Of a DNA stretch of 64,000 nt, positions 21,140-30,681 are shown one piece after another (within the stretch, counting starts at the first letter, position 1; every line of letters begins with the position of its first letter). The DNA is from a virus. Lineage: Duplodnaviria; Caudoviricetes. The translations under genes and the position numbers were made by a program. The notes under the pieces are model-generated. The model saw only the letters and a program-made list of their open reading frames with translations, was not told the origin of the DNA and ran no database searches. The stretch spans positions 1 to 64,000 of IMG/VR virus record IMGVR_UViG_3300032038_000005; one strand, 5' to 3'.

Positions 21140-23336
21140 CGTCTTCATCCTCCTCTTCGTGTTTATTTTTTGCTTCGGTGAGTTTCTTTGGAATGATCTT
21201 TTTTGGATCATTATGTCTCATAGCGTATTCTACATCAGAAATCTTTTCTTCAACAAGATCATTCAGGTCAATCACTTTTGATACGGCCTTTGAAGATTTT
21301 GCAAAGTTCTTGATGGAGTCTTTGATTTTTGACACTTGTCCACTGGCTGGTGTACCATCCAATTGCATTGTCAATTCATTTAGGGCATGACCAAGTCCTT
21401 CCAACTCTCGTTTCGCATAACTGAAGTCCTTGGTTTTGATAGCCCTACTGAGAGTTTTACTCAAGCCTTTTCCGTCTTTCTTCACGCCTTCAAAGATCTC
21501 TTTCCATGACATGTCATTCGAATTCAAGTCACCCAAGATTCTACGAATTCCCATACTGAGTTCCTTCTTTAAATGGAATGCTTCTGTCACGACTTCATCT
21601 GTCTCTGTTGTGATTGCAAATTCTAATGACAAATCATCACCACCTGACGAACCAACACCACCACTGCCATCACTCAGGAATTCTTTCAGTTGTGCCATTG
21701 GTAATGTCTTCAGTTTTTCAATACCTTGTTGGATCATATCATCCATGGACATATTATCGATATCCACGTCGCCGAGGCCTTTATCCATATCACCAGTAGG
21801 TTCTTCGGGGATTGGATCAGTGTCAGTATCAGGAGGTGTAATATCATCAAGACTTTCGGCAGGTGCTGGAGTATCCATCGGAGGTGTTCCCACATCATCA
21901 CCAAGATCATCCATACCAGCTGGTGGTGTATTCATATCACTCATGTCATCAGCAGGAGGTGTATCTACCGCACCCATTGCATTATCCAAATCAGAGAATG
22001 TGTCATCTACGTTTGCATCGAACGTTGGATTGGTACTCATAATGTTAGCTTGACCTTGTGCAGCAGTATTCGCAGCTGTTGCATTTGCGACACTATCGGC
22101 AATCTGTTGGGAAACATCATTTGTTGTTGCCGTTGAAGCATCTGCATTTGCAGTTGGTGTAGTTTGATTGAGATCCGGTGCTCCACCCATATTATTCAAA
22201 TCGGCAGTTGCTCCACCGCCCATTCCAGTATTTGGATCCGGTGCACCTCCGCCGAAATCAATTGCTTCTTGATAAAAACGATCGCCAGTTCTCCAGCGAT
22301 TTGGTGGAACATACATTGCGGCTTCTTTGATTGCCTCTGATTCTTTGAAGTCTTTCTTACAAACGAGCTTCATGGAATCAAAGTCTTTATCGGCAACTTT
22401 AATATTGTCATATTCGTGTTCTTTGTCACCCCCGAGTTTCTTCATCAACTCATCTTTGTTTTCCACTTTACCAGACTTCGACTGGCGTACTATACTTTTA
22501 TTGATACTCCACATCACAGGATAAGGATGTTTTATACCCTCTATTTCAAATTCAATACCAACAACAAATTTTTCATTGACGATTGGAACAATGACTCTGA
22601 GTGGTGTGGCAATGTCCCAGATTTCTTCATTGTATAATTCTTTATTGAGTCCATCTTTCACCAGCAATCCACGGAGCGCTTCACCCATGTGTTCAAAGGC
22701 TTCCAGATTACTTGCAACATTCAACGCATGAATCTGGTTCAATGAGATCTGATGGTCATTCGTTGTTTCAAAGAAGACTGGAAGCTTTGCAATATAATGT
22801 CTGGAACCGCCTTCATGCAGAGGACCAAGATCCACCATGGCATTGGATGGAACACGATCATCACCAATACTCATCATATCATTACCAAATAATCCTTCTT
22901 GAACAATGTAATCATGATATTCCGAATACAGTTCTGATGCTTTTGTTTGAATGCGATTACGATATGACTTATTACTTTCTCTATGAAAACGAGGCACTTT
23001 CTTGCTTGCTTCTTGATAAAAATCATCAAATGTCTTTTCTTGTGAGAACGCCTCATTGGTCTGTACATCCATGGGAACATCAACGATTCTTCCTGTCTTG
23101 ACATCCACCTCTACCAGATCCAATTCGATGTCGTCTTCAATCGGAATATCAATGACGGGTCGTTCACGCTGTGCATTGGTACCGACGATGGTTAATTCTT
23201 CCATCTCTTGGAATAGATGTGCGAATTTCAGAATTTCTTCATCCATCTCTTGAATTGGTTGGGCTTCTTGTGCATGAAAAGCTTTCTTTTTTTCTTGTTC
23301 TTTCTTTGCAATTTCTTGCCGTAAGAAGTTGAGCAT
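21132..23336 (-). CDS. Probable internal head/scaffold-like protein with an acidic D/P/M/T-rich linker
   Basis: AAGGAG SD; repeated xQE-A/G and xTE-A motifs resemble prohead-protease sites; long acidic low-complexity region. Confidence 0.55.
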   Translation of the reverse strand: MLNFLRQEIAKKEQEKKKAFHAQEAQPIQEMDEEILKFAHLFQEMEELTIVGTNAQRERPVIDIPIEDDIELDLVEVDVKTGRIVDVPMDVQTNEAFSQEKTFDDFYQEASKKVPRFHRESNKSYRNRIQTKASELYSEYHDYIVQEGLFGNDMMSIGDDRVPSNAMVDLGPLHEGGSRHYIAKLPVFFETTNDHQISLNQIHALNVASNLEAFEHMGEALRGLLVKDGLNKELYNEEIWDIATPLRVIVPIVNEKFVVGIEFEIEGIKHPYPVMWSINKSIVRQSKSGKVENKDELMKKLGGDKEHEYDNIKVADKDFDSMKLVCKKDFKESEAIKEAAMYVPPNRWRTGDRFYQEAIDFGGGAPDPNTGMGGGATADLNNMGGAPDLNQTTPTANADASTATTNDVSQQIADSVANATAANTAAQGQANIMSTNPTFDANVDDTFSDLDNAMGAVDTPPADDMSDMNTPPAGMDDLGDDVGTPPMDTPAPAESLDDITPPDTDTDPIPEEPTGDMDKGLGDVDIDNMSMDDMIQQGIEKLKTLPMAQLKEFLSDGSGGVGSSGGDDLSLEFAITTETDEVVTEAFHLKKELSMGIRRILGDLNSNDMSWKEIFEGVKKDGKGLSKTLSRAIKTKDFSYAKRELEGLGHALNELTMQLDGTPASGQVSKIKDSIKNFAKSSKAVSKVIDLNDLVEEKISDVEYAMRHNDPKKIIPKKLTEAKNKHEEEDEDDA

Positions 23337-23414
23337 TAGAATCACTCCTTGTAAAGTATTTCAAAATATACATATTGTTTATTTGAACATCGAGGTACCC
23401 GATGTATCAAGCGA

Positions 23415-23561
23415 TTATAAGATAAATCCAAATGTTTCCAGATATAATTCTGCAACCATTTCGGGTGTTAACTCAACGATACCGACATCTTCTAATTCCA
23501 TATCACCCTCAAGTGTATATCCATTTAATGTCGGCTTATTTTCGAGCTCGTTATAATCCAT
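23415..23561 (-). CDS. Small 48-aa protein with a DYxxLxNKPxxNGxxLxG motif
   Basis: GGGGTGA SD before MDYNELENKPTLNGYTLEGD; the motif resembles repeats seen in Firmicute phage tail/fibre proteins. Confidence 0.6.
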   Translation of the reverse strand: MDYNELENKPTLNGYTLEGDMELEDVGIVELTPEMVAELYLETFGFIL

Positions 23562-23595
23562 AAAATCACCCCATTGAATTGAAAGGAGAAATGAA

Positions 23596-25518
23596 ATGAG
23601 CATTGTAACTCAGTATGAAGACATGATTTGTCAGATGTATCTGCAGACACATCCTAATGTGAACCCTGACAAAGTGAGAGAACTGGTAACGACAATGGTC
23701 GACCGCAACTTTGTCGACATCCCGTGTCAGATGGACAACAACGTACGTCATGAAAGATTCGATACTACCATGACACAGGTGTTTGACTGGATGAATGAAC
23801 GAAAACCCATCATCTCTTCCAACGGTACTTTCTTCAAACAGCATTCGGAATACCTGTCTCCGACGGTGCTGTTTTTGGAAACACTCCAGACAGACCGTGG
23901 AGCTACCAAAGACAGGATGTACAAAGAGAAGAAAGGAAGCATTCAGTATCTCAATTTGTACTGTGCACAGGGTCAGATTAAAGTCATTATGAACTCAGAT
24001 TACGGTGGAAGTGGAACCCCACTCTCACCATTCTATTCTATCTATATTCCACCGGCAACGACTGGTAGTGCAAAGAATATGACTACCACGTTAATTTGTT
24101 GTCTGGAACTATTATCTGGCAACAAAGACCGTTGGGCAAAGCTGAATGGTATCAATGAACTGTATGATTTCATCCAGAAAGTCTTGACAACAGACACGTC
24201 CAATCGACAACTGATGGTGATGGATTCATACACGGATGATGAAGTGATTGGTCATTTAATCGACATGACAAACGACTTGAGCTTGACGGATTTAAAGTAT
24301 TTAAGAATGTATATTGCATCATTATCCAATCCCCAAAAGACCAAACTCATGTTGGCAAATAATTTGCATCATGTGTTAAAGGTATACCTGAATGGGAATG
24401 TTGCGAGCATTATGGCTTATTTGAAACGGCATCGGTTGAATGTGGAAAACATTGACCAAGACAATATCAATGAATCTGGATATGGCGTCAAACCCCCAGA
24501 GGAGATTGTCAATGACATTGAATATTGCAAACAGTTTGTATTGGACAACTGTGTGTATCCATTCATTCCGAATGACTGTGAGATTCGTGCATGGAATATG
24601 CATCGTGATGTGGTATGTGTGACGGACACTGACTCATTGATGGTGCACTTTGCATCATATCTGGACGACTTCCAAGCACATGTGGACAATTTCCGTGACT
24701 CTTGTTTGATTGCATCAGCATTCGGATTCCGGTTATTCATCGAAGCCATCGTTCCCCAGATGACAGAGAATCTGGTATTGTATCGGGGTATCCAGGATGC
24801 ATACTATCGCAAGAAGTTCGTGTTCAAGAATGAATTTGCATTCCTCGCAATGTCACTGTTTGCCAAGAAGATGTACTCTGCAAGTTGTTTTGTACAGGAA
24901 GGAAATCCTCGTAACATTCATGAGACAGCAGTCACCGGATTGTCATTCAAGAAACGTGACTCTGCAGAATTCTTGGAGCCAATTATGTTACAGCTGCATG
25001 ACAAGTATATCTTGACACCTGCAAAGATTGATGTTGCAGGATTGTTGGATGAGTATTATGCATTACGGGAAAAGCTGAAACATGTTGTTCGGACAGAAGC
25101 ATCGTTCCACAAGGTACAAGGTATCAAGACAGTCAATTCGTATAAAGGACCATTACCTGCACAGATGAAAGGAATGATTGTTTGGAATAACATGTTCCCG
25201 GATGAAGAAATCTTGCCGATGGACAGAGTCACTGTCATTCCGTTGTCCTTCGCATTAATGGAACAGCATCCCGAGATTCCATTGTTACAACGAGTTTATG
25301 ATTTAAATCTGAAGAGTGACCCAAAGAAGAAGAAAGAAGCTGTCATCAGTTTACCAGAGAGCTACAAGAAGATTCCAGAATGGTTACAACCCGGCATTGA
25401 TGAAAACTATTGCGTGGACAAATTGTTGTCCCCATTTAAACAAGCATTGGGATTGTTCGACGTGGTTATCAACGACACCCGTGGGGGTATGATTCCATCA
25501 AGAATGATTTTCCTATAA
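23596..25518 (+). CDS. Family B DNA polymerase, polymerase subunit of a split enzyme
   Basis: Motif B QGQIKVIMNSDYG, motif C VTDTDSL and KKMY are present. No exonuclease domain or motif A is visible, consistent with the split phiKZ-type polymerase. Confidence 0.88.
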   Translation: MSIVTQYEDMICQMYLQTHPNVNPDKVRELVTTMVDRNFVDIPCQMDNNVRHERFDTTMTQVFDWMNERKPIISSNGTFFKQHSEYLSPTVLFLETLQTDRGATKDRMYKEKKGSIQYLNLYCAQGQIKVIMNSDYGGSGTPLSPFYSIYIPPATTGSAKNMTTTLICCLELLSGNKDRWAKLNGINELYDFIQKVLTTDTSNRQLMVMDSYTDDEVIGHLIDMTNDLSLTDLKYLRMYIASLSNPQKTKLMLANNLHHVLKVYLNGNVASIMAYLKRHRLNVENIDQDNINESGYGVKPPEEIVNDIEYCKQFVLDNCVYPFIPNDCEIRAWNMHRDVVCVTDTDSLMVHFASYLDDFQAHVDNFRDSCLIASAFGFRLFIEAIVPQMTENLVLYRGIQDAYYRKKFVFKNEFAFLAMSLFAKKMYSASCFVQEGNPRNIHETAVTGLSFKKRDSAEFLEPIMLQLHDKYILTPAKIDVAGLLDEYYALREKLKHVVRTEASFHKVQGIKTVNSYKGPLPAQMKGMIVWNNMFPDEEILPMDRVTVIPLSFALMEQHPEIPLLQRVYDLNLKSDPKKKKEAVISLPESYKKIPEWLQPGIDENYCVDKLLSPFKQALGLFDVVINDTRGGMIPSRMIFL

Positions 25519-25552
25519 TATAATGAACACATGAAAGGAGGTGATGATAAAT

Positions 25553-26089
25553 ATGTGGGAAGACATTTGTAATTGGATTGAGCAGTATGATGGTGTGGAA
25601 TACGATTTTCAAGAGTATATCCGACTTCTCAAAGGAGATGCGATCTTCTTATCTCCCACCACATGGAGAAACACATTGTCAATTCTGTTAGACCGACTCA
25701 GCGATATGATTGATGTGATTGATGAGAAATACACGGAGATTCCGGATGAACTCCCGAATCGTGATGAGATGAAGAAGTATGTCACATCAGAAACACTGAC
25801 AGCGATTATCGAAATTATCAATTCGATTAAACAGAAGCTGAATATCGAACCGACAACGATCCGTACATTCTCCACACTGGAGAAACACGTCGACGGATTA
25901 TGTGATTTGATCAAAGCTTTGTCCGAAAACACATTGGAGAAGCTGATGAAGACCGAATGGTTCGATGAGTACGAAGATGCCAACAAAGACTTTCTGGAAA
26001 ATGTATTTGGTATTGTCAAAAATGATTTACCAAGTCTCCAGTTCACAGTCAATGACATTATCCAGTTAAACGAAGAAGATGAAGATTAA
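25553..26089 (+). CDS. Hypothetical acidic protein
   Basis: GAAAGGAGGTGA SD; helical, acidic ORF. Confidence 0.7.
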   Translation: MWEDICNWIEQYDGVEYDFQEYIRLLKGDAIFLSPTTWRNTLSILLDRLSDMIDVIDEKYTEIPDELPNRDEMKKYVTSETLTAIIEIINSIKQKLNIEPTTIRTFSTLEKHVDGLCDLIKALSENTLEKLMKTEWFDEYEDANKDFLENVFGIVKNDLPSLQFTVNDIIQLNEEDED

Positions 26090-26172
26090 TTCTGTCACAA
26101 AGAAACAATATATAATGTTTCTAAACAAACGTAATGTTACTATCTTATGGAAAGCCGAAAGGAGAATGTATT

Positions 26173-26757
26173 ATGGCTTTTATGAACAACGGTAATGGTT
26201 TTAACAACCAGCAGAACAACAACGGTGAACCGAAAAAGAAGTCCAACTTCCGTGTTGGCAGAATCTACGGCGACGACGGCATCCTTGAAGTCTCCATCTG
26301 GAACTCCGACAAGGGTGGTACCTACACTGTGATGAGCATCAAGGCTGCTATCGGTAAAGACCCTTCTACAGGTCTGAATGCATATGAACAGAAAATGTCC
26401 GGTGAACTTCCGTCCTGCTTCATCAACTCTGAAAATGTATGCGCACTGATAACGGGTATGAAACAGACAAAGCCGGAGAATGCAAATCTGTCAATGGACT
26501 TCGGTCGTTCTAAACTCACCATCACGGGTGACGGCAGCAATTACAAAATCACCATCGACAATCAGAAGAATGGTACAAGAACTATCACCATGAAGCCGAT
26601 TCCGGTAGGTCCACTGAACATTCATGCATCATGGAAAGTGCTTACAGATTATCTCGACATCTGTTACAAGAAAGCTGCTCGTGCAAAACTGGATATGGAT
26701 GAGTTTGGTGCTGCACTTGCTGGTGAGACCATCTCCGATGATGACGCTCCATTCTAA
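26173..26757 (+). CDS. Putative single-stranded DNA-binding protein
   Basis: Beta-rich core, N/Q-rich N-terminus and C-terminal DDDAPF tip like bacterial SSB; lies in the replication cluster. Confidence 0.6.
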   Translation: MAFMNNGNGFNNQQNNNGEPKKKSNFRVGRIYGDDGILEVSIWNSDKGGTYTVMSIKAAIGKDPSTGLNAYEQKMSGELPSCFINSENVCALITGMKQTKPENANLSMDFGRSKLTITGDGSNYKITIDNQKNGTRTITMKPIPVGPLNIHASWKVLTDYLDICYKKAARAKLDMDEFGAALAGETISDDDAPF

Positions 26758-26759
26758 TT

Positions 26760-27398
26760 ATGGTGAGTCTGGAGAATATCGGCAAAGCAGGTCTCATCAT
26801 CCAATATGAAGATGTCATTTCCATCATTGGGTACAATATCGCGGAATACTTTCGCGAGAACAAAGTGAATGATAAGTTTGAGAGCATGTCCCACGAGGAC
26901 ATGCTTCTCTCTTATTTAAATCGCGAACATTATGACATCAATCAATGGTTGAAAGACACCTTTGATTATGACATTGACATTCATCAGCTTTGGTCATCTA
27001 AAATTATGATGAAACCGAACTTTGTCTACGCTTACAAGGTATTTCAAGAAGCTGCCAAACAAGGCGTCACGAATCTGATTGTGTATTCCAATCATTATTC
27101 CGAAGCCATTGAAGCTTATATCTCATCATTCGAAAATCAGTATCTCACATATCACCATGGTGATTTGGTAGATTTGTTAAATCACAATCCCAATTGTACA
27201 TTTGTTACGTCGAACCCTGATGCGATTCAATCATGCAAAGAGGTAAAAGCGCCGTTTGTATTAACAATCGTGGATGATTTTATTTACGTGAAAGATATAC
27301 TATTAACACGAGTACCCGAAGAATTGCAGAAACAAGATAAGATTGTATTCTACACTGGTGTGTTATCCGGAGGACTCACGAATGTGATTCGAGATTAA
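26760..27398 (+). CDS. Hypothetical protein, possibly a degenerate HAD-like fold
   Basis: Alpha/beta pattern; no intact DxD motif. Confidence 0.6.
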   Translation: MVSLENIGKAGLIIQYEDVISIIGYNIAEYFRENKVNDKFESMSHEDMLLSYLNREHYDINQWLKDTFDYDIDIHQLWSSKIMMKPNFVYAYKVFQEAAKQGVTNLIVYSNHYSEAIEAYISSFENQYLTYHHGDLVDLLNHNPNCTFVTSNPDAIQSCKEVKAPFVLTIVDDFIYVKDILLTRVPEELQKQDKIVFYTGVLSGGLTNVIRD

Positions 27399-27419
27399 AT
27401 TTGAAAGGAGAAAAATGAA

Positions 27420-29057
27420 ATGAGCGCAAAGAAACCCGAAGTCGTATCCAAAAGCCTGTTCTATTTATTTGACCCTGACGAAACGTACACGTACAATGTA
27501 CGTCATGGGACAGAGTATCCGTACAACAAGTTCCCAAGAGGTGCTGAAGGGAAAGTATACAAGTCCACTCGATTCATCGATTGGCAACCAATCCCGGAAG
27601 ACGTTATCATGAGATATTTCGGTTCTCAGATTATTGTGGACTTTCGTGCATTGTTTCCGGATACTGACCCGACATTACAAATCTTCCAGCTTCGTTCCAA
27701 GCGTCCGGAAATCCAGAATCTGATTTGTGAACAGATTAACTTCTTCACCGCACTTTATGACCCGGACAATGAACTGATTACGAATATGCTGATTGCGAAG
27801 TATAAGACAGATGGTCTGATTCATACGATTGCAAACTTCGATGAATTCTATCAAGACATCTACGAGACACTCTTCTCCGATAAGATTATTGAGAAGATTG
27901 ATAGGATGGTACAGGAGAACAATGTTGGTGATGATGTAGTCGGTCTGTTCCCCGTGGACTTCACGTATGATATGTACAAAGTCTCTTTCATGATTAAAAT
28001 CATGCATATCTATGTGGAGCATTTCATTCTGCTCACAGGTAATGTTCCGAAAGACTTGTATGAACTGTTTGCGAAAGCGTTCACACATATCATGAATCAA
28101 ATCAACCCCAACATGTATATTCTGCTTTATAATTATGCAAACACTCGTGTGCTCCAGACAATTGCATCCAACCAGGCAATCTATGAGATGAGAGCCATTG
28201 ATGGTGTCAGTGCACCGACGACAACGCAGTATCTGATGAGAAAGACATTGATTTGCGATGGATTAATCAAGCTGACATTTGCTTCCGCTTGGGATCCCAT
28301 TCAGAAACGTCCCACATACAGCTGTGTCGGATTAATCAAATCCATCGTGACAAAGTACACGAACAACACCCGCAAAATGCAGATGAGATATTCCTTGGTC
28401 AATGTCGACGGTGACATTTCTCAGCTCTTATCTGACAACGTATCTGCAAATGCACCTATCTCCGTATTGCGTTCTTTCAATCCCGGTGAATACTGCTGTA
28501 TGTTCAAAGACTTGAATATCATCATCGGTCATATCGTACTAGAGATTGACATCACACCGGTGGATTGGTATCTGGAACATCTTCCGCGTATGAATGACTT
28601 GTCCAAGATTATCGTGGACACGGTGTTGTATAACAAGTTTCATTCTTCACTATCAACGGATACACTGACCATGAAGCAGAAGTATATCATCCTGCTGTAT
28701 GTTCGTAATATGATTATGAACATCTATGGACTGACTGAGGAAGACACCATCTCTAATCCGTTGATTAATATTCTCATGGGAAAAGTAGCAACAACTTCCA
28801 CAAAGACTTTGACACCAAAAGACCTGAATGGTGTAAAGAAATATGTTAAGCTGAATGACTTCCGTGAATATCTATTGTCGGAAAAGTATGTGAACGTGTA
28901 TGTGGAAAAGATTATCCAGTGTGTCTTGAGTAACTACACCATTGTCAATCACAATGACCCGTCATTGTTGAACACGGCATTGCTGTATGATACGGGGGAT
29001 ATGACTATCAAGTTATTGGATATGCTCGTGGAACTGTTTGAACGCATGACGGTTTAA
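27420..29057 (+). CDS. Candidate sigma-like promoter-specificity subunit of nvRNAP (phiKZ gp68 / AR9 gp226-like)
   Basis: 545-aa, mostly helical protein directly upstream of nvRNAP beta'. The assignment rests on size, context and recalled similarity only. Confidence 0.45.
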   Translation: MSAKKPEVVSKSLFYLFDPDETYTYNVRHGTEYPYNKFPRGAEGKVYKSTRFIDWQPIPEDVIMRYFGSQIIVDFRALFPDTDPTLQIFQLRSKRPEIQNLICEQINFFTALYDPDNELITNMLIAKYKTDGLIHTIANFDEFYQDIYETLFSDKIIEKIDRMVQENNVGDDVVGLFPVDFTYDMYKVSFMIKIMHIYVEHFILLTGNVPKDLYELFAKAFTHIMNQINPNMYILLYNYANTRVLQTIASNQAIYEMRAIDGVSAPTTTQYLMRKTLICDGLIKLTFASAWDPIQKRPTYSCVGLIKSIVTKYTNNTRKMQMRYSLVNVDGDISQLLSDNVSANAPISVLRSFNPGEYCCMFKDLNIIIGHIVLEIDITPVDWYLEHLPRMNDLSKIIVDTVLYNKFHSSLSTDTLTMKQKYIILLYVRNMIMNIYGLTEEDTISNPLINILMGKVATTSTKTLTPKDLNGVKKYVKLNDFREYLLSEKYVNVYVEKIIQCVLSNYTIVNHNDPSLLNTALLYDTGDMTIKLLDMLVELFERMTV

Positions 29058-29089
29058 TATTATCATATCATATCATAGGAGGAATTATT

Positions 29090-30481
29090 ATGATTTTGAA
29101 ACGTATGAACCTGGAAGCCGAATATTATGCAGACATGATTACGCATAATGGATTTCGCATTGAAAATGAAGATGTGTATTCACCAACTGACCCGTCCATG
29201 TTGGTAAACTCATCCAAATTCACCGATTGTGAGTTCCGCTGTGATTGCGGAGCTTTCATCGGTCAGGATATTATCGGTCAGAAATGCCCCAGATGTGGTA
29301 CGGAAATCTCTCTCCACTCATTGAACTTCGGTTATACGGGATGGGTGGATATTGCACCTCATCATGTGATTGCGCCGGCTTATTATTATCTGCTGAAGCG
29401 GGCAATTGGACAGAACATGATTAACTTCATTCTGGGTAATTATAAGGCAGACCATGATGTCAAGTACAATGACAATGATTTGGAATTCGAGAAGAAGCAG
29501 AAGACAAAGAAACGTGGTCGTGTTGCTGCAAATGATATCTCCGCCATTATCAAGAAAATCCCCAAGAACAAGCATATCTATCAGGGGATTGGACATGATG
29601 CATTTCATGCGAGATTTGAAGAAATCATCGCCGCTTGTTATTCCAAACCACATGCTGACGATATTCAGAGACTGCTGGAGTGTAAGAACGATGTATTCAC
29701 CACAAAGATTCCGATTTACTCAACGGCTTTCCGTCCCACCAATACGACATCGGAATCCAAATTCTATCCCACAATCAATCGATGGCTTGCGAAGATTGTG
29801 GCATTGAATTGTCAGCTCAAGTTTATGAACATTGATTTGGAAGTAATGCATGCCTTGAACGCTATCCAGAATAACTGGTTGGAAGCGACGGATTATCTGG
29901 TAGAATCGGAAATGGACAAGAAGACGGGATTCATCAGAAGTGAGATTGTCGGTGGGCCGTATCAGTTCTCTTCCAGAGCGGTTATCACACTTGACCCGTC
30001 TTTGAACATTGATGAGATTGACCTGCCGTATTCTATGTTGGTAATCATCTACCAGTTCAAGATTGCTCACATGTTGGCTGTTCGTAAGAATATGACATTG
30101 GAGCAGTCTTGTTTATTCGTCAAGACATTTACCACACATCCGGAAGTGGTAAAGTGTATGGATGAGATTATCAGTGCTGGCGCATGGTGTGTGTTGTTAA
30201 GAGAGCCGACAAACAATTTGGCATCCATCTGTCTGTGTAGGATTCGCCGTTATAAACTGGATGACAATGATGATACTATGTCTATCACCATTGAATGTTT
30301 GGCCGGTCTGAATGCAGACTTTGACGGTGACCAGTTGGACATTTTCCTTGTGCCGGGTGACTTCGAAAGAGAAATGTTTGAACCATTCCATTTCTCCTGT
30401 ATGACTAACTATGTCACAGGTGAATTTGACTTATCGCTGAGAGAATGGTTTGCGATTACTGCTGGTCGTATGTCTGAATAA
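29090..30481 (+). CDS. Non-virion RNA polymerase beta' subunit, N-terminal half
   Basis: Zn finger CDCG...CPRCG, FSSRAVI, LLREPT and the catalytic LNADFDGD motif. Confidence 0.93.
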   Translation: MILKRMNLEAEYYADMITHNGFRIENEDVYSPTDPSMLVNSSKFTDCEFRCDCGAFIGQDIIGQKCPRCGTEISLHSLNFGYTGWVDIAPHHVIAPAYYYLLKRAIGQNMINFILGNYKADHDVKYNDNDLEFEKKQKTKKRGRVAANDISAIIKKIPKNKHIYQGIGHDAFHARFEEIIAACYSKPHADDIQRLLECKNDVFTTKIPIYSTAFRPTNTTSESKFYPTINRWLAKIVALNCQLKFMNIDLEVMHALNAIQNNWLEATDYLVESEMDKKTGFIRSEIVGGPYQFSSRAVITLDPSLNIDEIDLPYSMLVIIYQFKIAHMLAVRKNMTLEQSCLFVKTFTTHPEVVKCMDEIISAGAWCVLLREPTNNLASICLCRIRRYKLDDNDDTMSITIECLAGLNADFDGDQLDIFLVPGDFEREMFEPFHFSCMTNYVTGEFDLSLREWFAITAGRMSE

Positions 30482-30490
30482 CACAATAAT

Positions 30491-30520
30491 GAGAATGCCC
30501 CCATATGGGGGGCATCTCTC
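30491..30520 (+). terminator. Terminator hairpin after beta'
   Basis: ATGCCCCC-ATATG-GGGGGCAT. Confidence 0.65.
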
Positions 30521-30527
30521 TTATGTC

Positions 30528-30597
30528 AAAACTTTTTCATTTTACACATATACATTGTTAAATTGACCGGAGGTCAATTTAATATAGTAATAATAAA
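30528..30597 (+). promoter_or_regulatory. Putative phage promoter module, copy 2
   Basis: AAACTTTTTC...ACATATACATTG followed by TTAAATTGACC-GGA-GGTCAATTTAA; repeats 4641-4705. Confidence 0.65.
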
Positions 30598-30681
30598 AGT
30601 ATTTTAGACATATATAAGATTATTGTGTATAGAGACACTCCGTCGATATACAATCTATCACAAGAAAGGAGTAATGATCAA

